Origin: Patescibacteria group bacterium
Lineage (GTDB): Bacteria; Patescibacteriota; Microgenomatia; UBA1406; GWC2-37-13
Reading direction: 5' to 3'
Length of the DNA: 64,000 nucleotides
NCBI GenBank assembly: GCA_023380935.1
Contig: JAMCST010000009.1
Span: 27,760 to 91,759 of the forward strand
Every line of letters begins with the position of its first letter. Within the stretch, counting starts at the first letter, position 1. The translations under genes and the position numbers were made by a program. A model generated the notes under the pieces. It did not search any database, was not told the DNA's origin, and saw nothing but the letters and a program-made list of their open reading frames with translations. Shown one piece after another: positions 43,531-54,034 of this stretch.

Positions 43531-45841
43531 CGAAACCAGTTGAATTATTAACCGCCTTCTTCCTTTTTAAGAAAATGTAGATTAGGTATCCACCACAGCC
43601 AAACAGGTTGATACCAACGGTAAGCGCGCCGATATCAAACAACCGCTGCGGCCAGTACTCGATGACAAACCGCATTTGATAGCGGCCGTCGCTGTTTTTC
43701 TGGCAAAAAGCGGTTCGGTCGCAAATATTCTTCGGGTTGATTAACCAAGCATTAGCGTAACCGTTAACAAGAAAATGGTTTGCGTTTGGCAGAGGATAGA
43801 CGTTTTTGTTTAGCGTTGGTAGCCACGTTTCATAAATATGATTATTTGGCTGATGCAGTGCGTACATTTTCCAGTATTGATTAAAAGATTCGTCAAAGAC
43901 GAGAACGAAGTTGTCTTGTATTTGTCGGATACTTACTTGGTATTTGGTGGGGCTGATTTTTGTAAACTCTACCACGGGTGGTCGGTTGGGCGTTTCGACT
44001 ACCGGTTGCAGTGTTTTGGTATTGTCAGCGAAAAAAACCGCCGAACCAATTTGATAGTCCGGTCGCGACACGACGCGTGTCAACTGATCCATGGCATCGG
44101 GGTCGTTTATTGAGCTGTCGATGTGGATAACGGCTTGTGCGGAATAGATCTGTGGTAGGTGTAGTTCATTTTTCACTTGGTATAAAAATAGTTTGGTTCC
44201 AAACCGTTCTGTTAAATTACCGGCCAAAACGTTTTTTAGGAGCGAGTCGTACGAACGCAGCGCGTCGCTATAAAGATCGGGTTCTCGAGCGATGTCGTTT
44301 TGAACGAGAAGATAATCGATGGTGGTTATTTTGTAGAAGTTCGGATTGTTTTTATTGATGAAATATCCAAGCATTGAGCCGAATTGGTTATTCTGAATAT
44401 TATATAACACCGGGGCATAACCGAATAGTCGTGCCAAAGGATGGTCGATGTTGCCAAGGTTATCGTTGTACCATTGGCGTTTAAAATAACTGATAGGGAT
44501 GCTTAAAATCTTTTGATCCTGGTGAGTTTCCGACCAGCGCCCGTATTGTCGCCAGTAATCAGGCAGTTTCATTAAAGGATTATTCCAGCGGGACGAGGAG
44601 TTATTGATGAGTCTTGTCGAGAAAAAAGGCGCCGCTTTGATTAAAACCAAACCAAGGCACAGCAAGATCAGGAAGCGTCCGTATCTTTTTTTATCCTCTA
44701 AGCTGAAAATTAATAACGCCGTTAGTGCAAACATCACTAAAGGAGTAAATCTTGCCCAAGGTTCGCGGAAAATGTAAAAAAAGGGCAGGTGGTCAAATAA
44801 CCAAAGATAGATCGGCGGGTAAAACGAAGTGCCGCTGGCTAAAAAAATGCTTCCCAAAAAAACCGTCAACCAAAATAAGTGGTCCACTCGCGGTTTTTTT
44901 TTGAAAAACAAAGACAGCGATATAATTACCAGACCGAAAGAACAGACGATAATCAATGGATGATTATAAAACCAAAGCCAGGGGTTGTAGGAGATGTTGC
45001 CATAGTTGACAAATTCCCACCAAGACCCGCGGAATTGGAAAAGAAGATGAAGGTCCGACTGTAGTTGTAAATGGATGTTTTTGAGTTTGGCGTAGCCGTC
45101 GTTGAAGACAAGAGAAAAATAGACAATGAGCGCATTATAAAGAAAAAGAGGCAGGGTCAATCCAAAGAACAGTCCTAGTTTTAACCACCAGCGTCGGACA
45201 AAATCCAGACAGTTGGGTTTGTTTTTAAGGAAAAAATAGGCCAACGCCAGTGGGTAGGCCAACAGGGTAACCACCAGGGTCGGAAGGTTGGAAAAAATAG
45301 ACTGCAGCCAAAACAGACTAAAGAAATTAAGGGCGGCATAAAGGTAATCTTCGCTCTCAAGGTAACGATAAAGGTAGGTGAAAAATAACGGCAGCAAGAT
45401 TAATTGGGGCATTTTGGCGGAATAAAAAATGGTCGACCAAACGTAGAAATTAAAATAATAAAAAAGCACACCGACCAAGATAATCGGTTTATTATCGGTG
45501 AACAATTTTAGAAAATAAGCAAGTGCGGTAAAGGTAAGAAAAATCATTAAGGACAGATAGATTTTCTGGATGACGTCATTTGGGACGTTGAGTTGGGCAA
45601 AAAGATAGTAAAATACGCCATTGGGAATGACGGTTGACTGATCGGCTGGAGTCACCGGTTGTCCGTTGTTGACCGGAGGCGCCCAAGAGTAAAGATTGCG
45701 GTAAACCACGTTCTGAAAATTGGCAAAGTTGTCTTCTTCGGAAATATAGAGGTAACCTTTCGGAAGCCAGATCAATGGTAGAACAAACGCCAGTACCAAA
45801 AACACGCCGTAAAGCCAATATTTCTTTATTGTCTTTACCAT
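43523..45841 (-). CDS. Large GT-C-like membrane protein (YfhO/AftD-like)
   Basis: Many TM helices, FREPWARF, LPDYW, LVFDESFNQYW, NGYANAW, YWPQRLF. Confidence 0.7.
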   Translation of the reverse strand: MVKTIKKYWLYGVFLVLAFVLPLIWLPKGYLYISEEDNFANFQNVVYRNLYSWAPPVNNGQPVTPADQSTVIPNGVFYYLFAQLNVPNDVIQKIYLSLMIFLTFTALAYFLKLFTDNKPIILVGVLFYYFNFYVWSTIFYSAKMPQLILLPLFFTYLYRYLESEDYLYAALNFFSLFWLQSIFSNLPTLVVTLLAYPLALAYFFLKNKPNCLDFVRRWWLKLGLFFGLTLPLFLYNALIVYFSLVFNDGYAKLKNIHLQLQSDLHLLFQFRGSWWEFVNYGNISYNPWLWFYNHPLIIVCSFGLVIISLSLFFKKKPRVDHLFWLTVFLGSIFLASGTSFYPPIYLWLFDHLPFFYIFREPWARFTPLVMFALTALLIFSLEDKKRYGRFLILLCLGLVLIKAAPFFSTRLINNSSSRWNNPLMKLPDYWRQYGRWSETHQDQKILSIPISYFKRQWYNDNLGNIDHPLARLFGYAPVLYNIQNNQFGSMLGYFINKNNPNFYKITTIDYLLVQNDIAREPDLYSDALRSYDSLLKNVLAGNLTERFGTKLFLYQVKNELHLPQIYSAQAVIHIDSSINDPDAMDQLTRVVSRPDYQIGSAVFFADNTKTLQPVVETPNRPPVVEFTKISPTKYQVSIRQIQDNFVLVFDESFNQYWKMYALHQPNNHIYETWLPTLNKNVYPLPNANHFLVNGYANAWLINPKNICDRTAFCQKNSDGRYQMRFVIEYWPQRLFDIGALTVGINLFGCGGYLIYIFLKRKKAVNNSTGFDG

Positions 45842-45846
45842 ATTCG

Positions 45847-46944
45847 CTAAAAAATGTTTCGGAAAAACCTAAACTGCCTATCGTACAAAGTATGATATTC
45901 GTAAACGTCAACGAGTTTGTCGACGCCGGCGAGAAAAAAATCATAGCGATCTTGAATCCGTCCGATCGCCCGTCCTAGGGAGGAGGAATCATAGTCAATA
46001 CAGATACCCCCGTGATAATGCCGTAGCTCGTCGGCCATATAAGTAATTTTGGTCATAATTACCGGTAATCTATACTCTAAATAGAATTTTACCTTACTCG
46101 GATCAGTATAGTAAGTCATATTAAGAGGGCTAGGGTCATAGGGCGCTAGTCCGATTTGCCATCTTTTGACGATGTTGGTAATGATGTTTTCTTCCTGAAC
46201 CAGCCCGTAAAATTTGATGTGACGTTCGAGTTTCAGTGCGGTAACAGTTGCCTTAAGATTAGATAACGCTGGTCCTTCGCCGATAATTTCCAGTTTCAGG
46301 CGAGGATTCTGTTGCAAGACGGTGAAGACCATTTCTAGTCCTTGACCGTTTCTCAGTACGCCGACATAGCCCATCAGGTTGTGTATCGGTTTTTTGACGA
46401 CTGGTTTTTTTACCACGCCATGGATCCAATAATCGCGATTACCGGCTACCTTCGGTTTACCGGTCCTCAGAATTGACTCTAGCAGTGGGCTGGCGTAAAC
46501 AACGTATTTTAGTCGCTGATTGTAGTGGTGGACCAGGGTCTGATATAACTTCATCAGTCCCTGGGAGTGCGGATAATAGTCGCCGATATGGTAGACGATC
46601 CTGACGGATTTTATCTTGGCAAAGATACTGTTCATAAAACAAAATAACGGTATCGTGGCAAATACGATGGTGCGGCGGGGCAGAATACCTATGACAATCA
46701 GCGCATAGTAAATGTAGAAAAACACATAGCGGAGAATCCGGTTAGAGCCCTTGTAGAAGTGGTATTTTTTTTCGCTGATTTTCTCACCATTGTGATAATG
46801 CAGCAATCTGACTTCGGGCGGTTGGGTGGAGAGCGGCATAATATACAGATATAGGTTGTTAGAATTTTCAATAAAGTATTGATTAAAATGTCCGGTGTGA
46901 AGGGTTGACGGAATCGCAAACAACAGAATATTGGTATATTTCAT
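45847..46944 (-). CDS. GT4-like glycosyltransferase
   Basis: YVGVL...GLE, IIGEG, DPSKVKFYLEYRLPVI. Confidence 0.82.
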   Translation of the reverse strand: MKYTNILLFAIPSTLHTGHFNQYFIENSNNLYLYIMPLSTQPPEVRLLHYHNGEKISEKKYHFYKGSNRILRYVFFYIYYALIVIGILPRRTIVFATIPLFCFMNSIFAKIKSVRIVYHIGDYYPHSQGLMKLYQTLVHHYNQRLKYVVYASPLLESILRTGKPKVAGNRDYWIHGVVKKPVVKKPIHNLMGYVGVLRNGQGLEMVFTVLQQNPRLKLEIIGEGPALSNLKATVTALKLERHIKFYGLVQEENIITNIVKRWQIGLAPYDPSPLNMTYYTDPSKVKFYLEYRLPVIMTKITYMADELRHYHGGICIDYDSSSLGRAIGRIQDRYDFFLAGVDKLVDVYEYHTLYDRQFRFFRNIF

Positions 46945-48185
46945 AGCTCTGTTTTGGTGTTTTGCTTAAGTTCTTCCCAAATTTCCGTAAAACGATTTCG
47001 GTAATCGTATGCCTTGGCAAAACATAGAACGCCTTTCTGTAAGGTAGCATAAAGCCGTTGGTTGGTCAGTACTTCGGTAATCGTACGAGCAACGCTGGCG
47101 ATATTAAAGTCAGAGGCGACGCCGGCGCAGTAGCGGACAATCTCCCGGCCGATTTCCGGTCCGTGGTTGGAAAGTAGAACGGGTATCCCTACGCCGATAT
47201 AATCCTTAGGTTTGCCGGGTTGGGTGTACATTGAAACATTGTCCTTAACCGGCTTGTAAAGGGCCATGCCTAAGGCGGCACGAGACATGAGAGCAAGGGC
47301 TTTGTCCGTTTCAGAAACATAGCCGTAATAAGTGATATGGTTGATTACCCGGTGTTTAATGGCAAGCCGTCGGTATGTTTCAAATGCCATTTCGTTTCCG
47401 CCGATGATTAATAGATGGATATCGACAATCGCCTCCTTGATTTTATTGAGTGCGGGAATGATAATTTCCAGACCGACGTAGTTATCGACCCGGCCGATAT
47501 AGCATAGGGTGTTCATTTTTTTCTTGTACCGGGAGTATTTTAATGTTTGGTTATAGTCCACGAGAATGGGGTCATTGATGATTTTTTTCTTTGGTCTTAG
47601 TCCTTTGGCGGCGTCATAGGAGGCGATTTTTTTACTGGCAAACCAAATCAGGTCGTTCTTGTACCCGATTCGTCTTAAACCAGACTGGATGTTAATTAAT
47701 AAGTTATCAACGAACTTGGACAAAGGATGGCGCTGTTTATGATTTGGTAAAAAAAAACTGCTATTGGACCAGGCCGGATCGGGAATAATGTCGCCATTGA
47801 AAAAAACGGAGAACCGGGCCAACCCAAGTTTCTTTATAATGAAAGCAATACAACTGCCAAAATTTGTTTCCCCAATGGCTAGAGCGAACCTTTTCCGCTT
47901 AAGCTTGGTTAGGAGGATAAAACAGAGAATAAAGTTAATGAAGTACTGTACCAGAAAAACCAAAAAGAACGGAAAAGGAAATGGTAAATTCAAGCTTATA
48001 GCATGGATTTGGCCGTTTTCGTCTTTGACGAAGGCATCGATCTTCATCCGGTTTTCTATTAGGCGGATGGCTGGGAGCTTTATAATCGTAAGCAACGCCG
48101 TGCGGTTTTCCTTCAGATATTTTTCAAAGTAATTTAATGGCGGCGTCCCGTAAGAGTTGACAATATACAGGATGGTTTTCGTCAT
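46941..48185 (-). CDS. GT4-like glycosyltransferase
   Basis: YIGRV...GLE, QPGKPKDYIGVGIPV. Confidence 0.82.
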   Translation of the reverse strand: MTKTILYIVNSYGTPPLNYFEKYLKENRTALLTIIKLPAIRLIENRMKIDAFVKDENGQIHAISLNLPFPFPFFLVFLVQYFINFILCFILLTKLKRKRFALAIGETNFGSCIAFIIKKLGLARFSVFFNGDIIPDPAWSNSSFFLPNHKQRHPLSKFVDNLLINIQSGLRRIGYKNDLIWFASKKIASYDAAKGLRPKKKIINDPILVDYNQTLKYSRYKKKMNTLCYIGRVDNYVGLEIIIPALNKIKEAIVDIHLLIIGGNEMAFETYRRLAIKHRVINHITYYGYVSETDKALALMSRAALGMALYKPVKDNVSMYTQPGKPKDYIGVGIPVLLSNHGPEIGREIVRYCAGVASDFNIASVARTITEVLTNQRLYATLQKGVLCFAKAYDYRNRFTEIWEELKQNTKTEL

Positions 48186-49108
48186 AGACTTTGCAGGTAA
48201 TAGCGGTAGGTTTTTTTTAGTCCTTCTGCGAGTTTTACTTTGGGTTTGAATCCTAGGGCTTTTATTTTGGATGAGTCCAAAATCCGCTTCATCATACCGT
48301 CTGGTTTACTGGTATCGAAAGCAATTTTTCCTTGGTAGCCAACAATGGTTTTGGTCAGGTTTGCCAGGTCCTTAACTTTGACGCTTTCTTCGGAGCCGAT
48401 GTTAATAACTTCTTTTTTATCGTATTGTTGCATCAATAAAACAATTGCTGCGGCCAGATCGTCGACGTACATAAACTCCCGTTCCGCCATACCGGTTCCC
48501 CACAGGGTAACGGTTGGCTGCCGGTTAAGCTTGGCTTGGTGGAATTTCTTAATCAGGGCAGGGATAACGTGTGACCGGCTTTCTTCGAAATGATCCCCTA
48601 CTCCGTAGGTGTTGGCCGGGATGCACGAAATAAATTTTCGGCCGTATTCACTATAGATTTTTTCGCACAGTTTTACTCCGACAATTTTAGCAAGGGCAAA
48701 TCCCTCGTTAGTTGGTTCGGGAACTCCGGTCAACAGATAATCTTCCCGGATCGGTTGCTTGGATCGAGTCGGGTAAGCGCAGCCGCACGATAGGTAAAGC
48801 AGTTTTTTTACCCCATGTTTTAGGGACGAGACAATTAAATTATTCTGGATGGCAAGGTTTTCGTACATAAACTCAAATGGGTAAGTGACGTTGGCTTTTA
48901 TGCCGCCGATTTTAGCGGCAGCAACAATCACGTATTCCGGTTTTTTCTTGGCAAAAAACCGTTCTACCTGGTGCTGATCGGTTAGTTCCAGTTCTTGGTG
49001 AGTGCGGTACAGCAAGTTAGTAAAATCCCGCTGATGGAGGTGGCGGAGAATGGCGGAACCGACCAATCCGGTATGACCAGCAAGATATATACTTGATTTT
49101 CTATTCAT
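48182..49108 (-). CDS. fcl: GDP-fucose synthase family epimerase/reductase (possibly ColC-like)
   Basis: AGHTGLVGSA, AAKIGGIKAN, EPTNEGFALAK, SHVIPALI, WGTG..REF, KPDG. Confidence 0.9.
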   Translation of the reverse strand: MNRKSSIYLAGHTGLVGSAILRHLHQRDFTNLLYRTHQELELTDQHQVERFFAKKKPEYVIVAAAKIGGIKANVTYPFEFMYENLAIQNNLIVSSLKHGVKKLLYLSCGCAYPTRSKQPIREDYLLTGVPEPTNEGFALAKIVGVKLCEKIYSEYGRKFISCIPANTYGVGDHFEESRSHVIPALIKKFHQAKLNRQPTVTLWGTGMAEREFMYVDDLAAAIVLLMQQYDKKEVINIGSEESVKVKDLANLTKTIVGYQGKIAFDTSKPDGMMKRILDSSKIKALGFKPKVKLAEGLKKTYRYYLQSL

Positions 49109-50283
49109 AAATCTGCAAAAAATTCCCTCAGCAGAGAATCAAGATAGTCTAATCTTTTTTTGTCGACAAACTGGTTGTTGCCGATGTAAAAACCGTTGTT
49201 ATGGATAAAGTCCGCGTTTTTAAACTCACCGGCATGGAGATATTTCCTTAAAAACGGCTGCTTCAACAGATTGCCGCTGATGATCGGTCTTGATTCCACA
49301 CCGTGTTGGTGAAGAAAAACCTGCAACGGTCGCCTCAGAGCAGCGTCTTTCAGAAGGAAAGGCAGGCAAAACGAAGAGACGCCGCGTTTGTGAGGAATAA
49401 AGAAGTGGCGGCGGTATTTATTTAAAATCCGGTTGAATGTAATATGATTAGCGTTCCTTTGCTCTATGAAATGATCGATTTTGTTAAGTTGGGTTAGTCC
49501 CAGCACTGCACTTAATTCGGTGTTGCGGACGTTAAAACCGGTAGTCAGGAACAAAAAGCTGAAGTCAATGTGCGGATATTTTTTTTGGTAATAGGCGTGA
49601 TAACGTTTAGGCAGTTCCCGGGCCAGACCATGGGAGCGTTTCAATAATGCATAGTGATAGATTTTAGGATTATTGGTGCAGACCATTCCACCTTCGACCG
49701 TGGTCATATGGTGACCCCAGTAAAAGCTAAACGAACTGACCAGGCCGAAATTTCCGACCTTTTTGCCGTCGATGGTGGCACCGTGAGATTCGCAACAGTC
49801 TTCAATAAGCGCGATTTTTCTTTTTCCGATCAGGTGTTTGATTTGATTGATTTCGGCTGGAAAACCGATTAAATGGGAAAGAAAGATGGCTCTAGTTTTG
49901 TTAGTTATCTTTCCGGCTAAGGAGCGATAATCGAAGGAGAAATCTTCCAGGTTAATGTCGACGAAAACCGGCTTCAATCCGAACTGGAGGACCGAGGAAA
50001 TATCGGTGATCCACGTGACTGTCGGAACGATTACCTCGTCTCCAGGACGCCAACGATAAACATCTCTTAACAAGTCCAATATAATCAGGTTAGCTGAACT
50101 GCCTGAATTTACGAATACGCTGTATTTACATCCTTGCCATTTCGACCAGGCGGTTTCCAGCTCTTTAACTTTCGTGAACTGGGTGTATCTGTCCGTGGTT
50201 TTAATGAAGTCGACTAGGGTTTTGGTTTCCCCATGATTGATAACGTTTTCCTGAAGTTTCCAAACAATTGGTTTAGTTTTCAT
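49105..50283 (-). CDS. DegT/DnrJ-fold PLP enzyme, ColD-like sugar 3-dehydratase
   Basis: VNSGSSANL, IEDCCESHGA, SFYWGHHMTTVEGG (His where aminotransferases have the Schiff-base Lys). Confidence 0.85.
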   Translation of the reverse strand: MKTKPIVWKLQENVINHGETKTLVDFIKTTDRYTQFTKVKELETAWSKWQGCKYSVFVNSGSSANLIILDLLRDVYRWRPGDEVIVPTVTWITDISSVLQFGLKPVFVDINLEDFSFDYRSLAGKITNKTRAIFLSHLIGFPAEINQIKHLIGKRKIALIEDCCESHGATIDGKKVGNFGLVSSFSFYWGHHMTTVEGGMVCTNNPKIYHYALLKRSHGLARELPKRYHAYYQKKYPHIDFSFLFLTTGFNVRNTELSAVLGLTQLNKIDHFIEQRNANHITFNRILNKYRRHFFIPHKRGVSSFCLPFLLKDAALRRPLQVFLHQHGVESRPIISGNLLKQPFLRKYLHAGEFKNADFIHNNGFYIGNNQFVDKKRLDYLDSLLREFFADL

Positions 50284-50291
50284 AGGTGTGA

Positions 50292-51347
50292 TTAAAATGG
50301 ACCTTTGAATTTATTTTCATAACTATAAAAGGTTTCGCCGGACAGGTTGGTTTTTGGCAACTTCAATTTTTGCTCAACCAATTTTATAATACTGATGGCA
50401 TTTGGGTAAAATGCGTCTTCGAGACTGCGGGCGGTAGGAGTCGGGGTCGGCGCAAATCCGATTCGGCTCACTGGTGACTTCAGCTCGGAAAAGCACTTTT
50501 CCGTTACTCGGGCGACCACTTCGGCAGCAAATCCGCAATAAAGCCAGTCGTAATCGGTAACGATCAGATGGCCGGTTTTTCTGACCGATTGGTAGATTAA
50601 ATCATAATTGAGTGGACTAATACTGCGTGAGTCGATAATTTCCATACTGACTCCCTGTTTTTTTTGCATGATATCTGCTGCTTGTAATGCTTCGATATTC
50701 ATCCATGACGTGGCGACGATCGTTAGGTCTTTTCCCTGACGTAAGCGGTGCGGTTCACCGATGGGAATGGCGAAGTTTTCGTCTTCGGGGACAATGCCAA
50801 TCGTATCGTATAGCCACCGGTGTTCCAGAACGATAACAGGGTTAGCGTCGCGGATTGCACTAACCAGCAATCCTTTCGCGTCTGCCGGCTGAGTGGGCAT
50901 CACTACCTTAATCCCAGGCAAATGAGCCAGTAGCGCATGGATACTTTTGCTGTGTTGGGCTCCCTGTCCCCAACCTCGCCCCATAATTGCCCGGATCACA
51001 AGAGGAATTTTTACCCTACCTCCGCTTAGGTAGCGGTAACTAGAAATAACGTTGGCGATCTGGTTTAGGCAAAGAAAGAGAAAGTCGGTACGGATATGGA
51101 CAAAAATCGGTTTTAAACCGGTTAGTGCTGCTCCGACGCCTACTCCGGTCATGGCGTCTTCTGAAAGCGGCGTAGCAAAACAGCGTTTCGGCCCGAACTC
51201 TTCCAATAAACCCTTAGTACTGCCAAAAATTCTTTTATGGTCAGTGACGTCCAGACCGTAGAGAAACACGTTTTTGTCTCGGCGCATTTCTTGCGCTATG
51301 GCCAAGTTAATCGCTTCTCTGTATGTGATGGTGTGTTTTTTATTCAT
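50292..51347 (-). CDS. 2-oxoacid dehydrogenase E1 beta-like subunit
   Basis: TPLSEDAMTG, GRGWGQGAQHS, DAKGLL, EHRWL. Start at MNKKHT. Confidence 0.9.
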   Translation of the reverse strand: MNKKHTITYREAINLAIAQEMRRDKNVFLYGLDVTDHKRIFGSTKGLLEEFGPKRCFATPLSEDAMTGVGVGAALTGLKPIFVHIRTDFLFLCLNQIANVISSYRYLSGGRVKIPLVIRAIMGRGWGQGAQHSKSIHALLAHLPGIKVVMPTQPADAKGLLVSAIRDANPVIVLEHRWLYDTIGIVPEDENFAIPIGEPHRLRQGKDLTIVATSWMNIEALQAADIMQKKQGVSMEIIDSRSISPLNYDLIYQSVRKTGHLIVTDYDWLYCGFAAEVVARVTEKCFSELKSPVSRIGFAPTPTPTARSLEDAFYPNAISIIKLVEQKLKLPKTNLSGETFYSYENKFKGPF

Positions 51348-52299
51348 AGTAAACGTCGCTGCGCAACTCATTAGGATTAGCCGGCGGTGCTTGTTTCGCC
51401 GACCGGACGCTCGCCTCTATTCTATTGAGTATGCCGGCCTCAATCTTTATCAGCTCCTTATCTTTTAGGCCAAATCGTAGTAATTTTTTTCTCTGAAGAC
51501 CGACAGGATCAATTTTCCACCATTTTTGGTATTCTTTTTTATCTCGGTGACCGAATTCGAAGTCATAATTAACGCCAACGTGTTCAAGATATCGGTAGTA
51601 TTGCAAATGGATAAAAACTGGTTTTGCGGATCGCGCTTGGAGTCTGAGGGCGTTTTTGGTGAGGTGATAGATCGCTTCCGCATCGGTTGTATCGCTTTGG
51701 AAGACGGGACAGTCAAATCGGGAGACGATCCCGGCCAGCGACCGGTAACCGTGTCTGGTGCTGACGTGTGAATTGATGGCATATTGGTTGTTTTCGTAGA
51801 CAAAGATGATCGGCAACTGCCTGAGGCAGGCAAAGTTTAGACTTTCCCAGAACACGCCTTCGTCAACTGCCCCGTCGCCGAAAAAGACCGCCACCGAGCG
51901 TTTATTGTTTTTATATTGGTTAGTCAACGCCGCGCCGACGGCAACCGGAATCATGCTGGCAACGATTGCTGAAGTTCCCAACAGATTCTCGTCAGGCGAC
52001 ATGATATGCATCGATCCGGCCTTACCTTTGGAAAGACCGGTTTGTTTGCCATACAGCTCGGCGAAAAACCGGTCGGTTTCGTTTGTCATTGCCAGATATA
52101 CGCCGTGATTCCTGTAGGTGGCAAACACTTGATCGGTCGGACCCAATGCATAACAGACGCCTGCGGCAATCGCCTCTTCGCCCATCGCCAGATGGACCGG
52201 TGTTTTAATTTCATTATCCGGGTAACATTGCCGGATTTTTTCTTCTGTTGCTCTGATCAGATACATTTTTTTATACAGTTCTAGGTTCGCGTCTTTCAT
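51340..52299 (-). CDS. 2-oxoacid dehydrogenase E1 alpha-like subunit
   Basis: HLAMGEEA, TYRNH, GSMH, ThDP motif GDGA...ENN. Confidence 0.9.
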   Translation of the reverse strand: MKDANLELYKKMYLIRATEEKIRQCYPDNEIKTPVHLAMGEEAIAAGVCYALGPTDQVFATYRNHGVYLAMTNETDRFFAELYGKQTGLSKGKAGSMHIMSPDENLLGTSAIVASMIPVAVGAALTNQYKNNKRSVAVFFGDGAVDEGVFWESLNFACLRQLPIIFVYENNQYAINSHVSTRHGYRSLAGIVSRFDCPVFQSDTTDAEAIYHLTKNALRLQARSAKPVFIHLQYYRYLEHVGVNYDFEFGHRDKKEYQKWWKIDPVGLQRKKLLRFGLKDKELIKIEAGILNRIEASVRSAKQAPPANPNELRSDVYYE

Positions 52300-52307
52300 G
52301 GCTTCGG

Positions 52308-53225
52308 TTAAGTTATTTTATCTATTATAACGGGATAGATCGTCTCGGCAGAAAGATGGTGTTTTTTTCTTAGGTAGTTTTGGTCGCCGATTTCCTTAAG
52401 GTAAAGATCGTTAACACCAAATCTTTTGAAAACAAGGTTGCGCTTTGATGACTCACTGACAATTTCAGCCACCGCGCTTCCCAACCCTCCGATAAGGCTG
52501 GCTTCTTCAATCGTAAAAATAGCCCGCCTGGTCCGAATTTTCTTCAATATCAGGTTTTTGTCGATCGGTTTTACCGTATGGAGATTAATCAGTTCGGTGC
52601 TAATGCCGGCATCGGTTAGCATTTGGACGAGCTTTTGCGCTTCCTCGAGAATGGTTCCGGTGCTGAAGATCACGATGTCCGTTCCTTTATTAATGATTTT
52701 TCCTTTGCCAAAACTAACGGTATAACTTGTGGCGGGCATCGGTTCTTTCCCCCTGCCGATTCTTACGTATGTCGGTCCCTTTATCTTCATCAACTGTTTG
52801 ATGATTTGTTCCGTTTCTGGGGCATTGGCCGGACAAACTACTTTCATGTTTGGTAAGGCGCGCATTACGGCAACGTCCTCGATTGAGCAATGGGTATTAC
52901 CATAGGGGCCATAGATTAATCCGCCACCAACACCGATTAAGGTAACGTCAAGATTCTGGTAGCAGACGTCGTTTTTAATTTGCTCAAGACATCGCAGGGT
53001 GACGAAAGGCACAATCGAGTAAGCGAATATTTTCTTTCCGGTTAACGCTAAACCGGCCGCAATTCCGACCATATTCTGTTCGGCGATGCCGACGTTATGA
53101 TATTGGTGCGGAATCTTCTCTGCGAACTCTTTTTCTCCAAAATGCCCGAGATCTCCGGTCAAAAAATAGACATTCTTGTTTTTCAAGGCGTTTTCGTAAA
53201 TGGTTTTTATCGCGGCAAATCTCAT
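52308..53225 (-). CDS. Transketolase-like C-terminal subunit
   Basis: NVGIAEQNM, YGNTHCSIED, TVKPID, EE...GGLGSAV. Confidence 0.9.
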   Translation of the reverse strand: MRFAAIKTIYENALKNKNVYFLTGDLGHFGEKEFAEKIPHQYHNVGIAEQNMVGIAAGLALTGKKIFAYSIVPFVTLRCLEQIKNDVCYQNLDVTLIGVGGGLIYGPYGNTHCSIEDVAVMRALPNMKVVCPANAPETEQIIKQLMKIKGPTYVRIGRGKEPMPATSYTVSFGKGKIINKGTDIVIFSTGTILEEAQKLVQMLTDAGISTELINLHTVKPIDKNLILKKIRTRRAIFTIEEASLIGGLGSAVAEIVSESSKRNLVFKRFGVNDLYLKEIGDQNYLRKKHHLSAETIYPVIIDKIT

Positions 53226-54034
53226 GGTATTTTATTTAATTCTCCAATGGCTTTTTCGTAGTCGTCCCGCGTTAATGATTTTCCGTGCCATTCCAGTTTG
53301 TTTTCCATAAAGCTGATACCCTTGCCCTTTATGGTTTTCGCAATAATTGCCAGGGGTTTTTCCCGACCCGTTTGTTTACAGGCATCGATGATCTCATTAA
53401 TGTTGTGACCGTTGATACTGACCGTCTTCCACCCGAAACTTTCCAGTTTCTCTTCAAATGGGTGTGAGTGCATGATCGCGGTGCTTTTTCCGATAATTTG
53501 TAGATCGTTGTTATCAATAATCAGGATGAGGCGATTGATTTTGTTATGGCCGCCAAACATGACCGCTTCCCAAACCGAGCCTTCTTCCATTTCTCCGTCC
53601 CCGACCAGTACATATACTTTTGAATTTTTATTGTCGTTTTTTAGTGATAGGGCGATGCCGGTTCCCAGAGACAGACCGTGTCCCAGTGAGCCGGTGGTCG
53701 CTTCGATTCCTGGTAATGAATCGAGGGTGACATGGCCGGCAATCGGCGAACCGTTTTTCATATACCGCTTTAGGAGTGCGGGGGAAAAAAATCCTCTTTC
53801 GGCCAGTGTCGCGTAAAGGGCGGAACAAGCGTGGCCTTTGCTAAGGATGAAGTAATCCCTTTCTTTCCAATGGGGCAATTTAGGTTTAATGTTGAGCGTA
53901 TTGAAGTAGAGACAGGCAAGAACATCCACTACCGAAAGACTACAGCCGATATGCGCCCCGCCGGCGTTATATGCCATCTCAATAACGTGTTTTCTGATTT
54001 CTCTGGCAACGGCTTTGATTTTTGCAACGGTCAT
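53222..54034 (-). CDS. Transketolase-like N-terminal (ThDP-binding) subunit
   Basis: HIGCSLS, LSKGHA, TGSLGHG, GDGEMEEG..WEA...DNN, WH. Confidence 0.92.
   Translation of the reverse strand: MTVAKIKAVAREIRKHVIEMAYNAGGAHIGCSLSVVDVLACLYFNTLNIKPKLPHWKERDYFILSKGHACSALYATLAERGFFSPALLKRYMKNGSPIAGHVTLDSLPGIEATTGSLGHGLSLGTGIALSLKNDNKNSKVYVLVGDGEMEEGSVWEAVMFGGHNKINRLILIIDNNDLQIIGKSTAIMHSHPFEEKLESFGWKTVSINGHNINEIIDACKQTGREKPLAIIAKTIKGKGISFMENKLEWHGKSLTRDDYEKAIGELNKIP

Noticed and set aside
50292..54034. Housekeeping pyruvate dehydrogenase and pentose-phosphate transketolase
   Set aside because: No E2/E3 nearby, and the genes are embedded in an NDP-sugar operon. A metabolic role is not excluded but is less likely.
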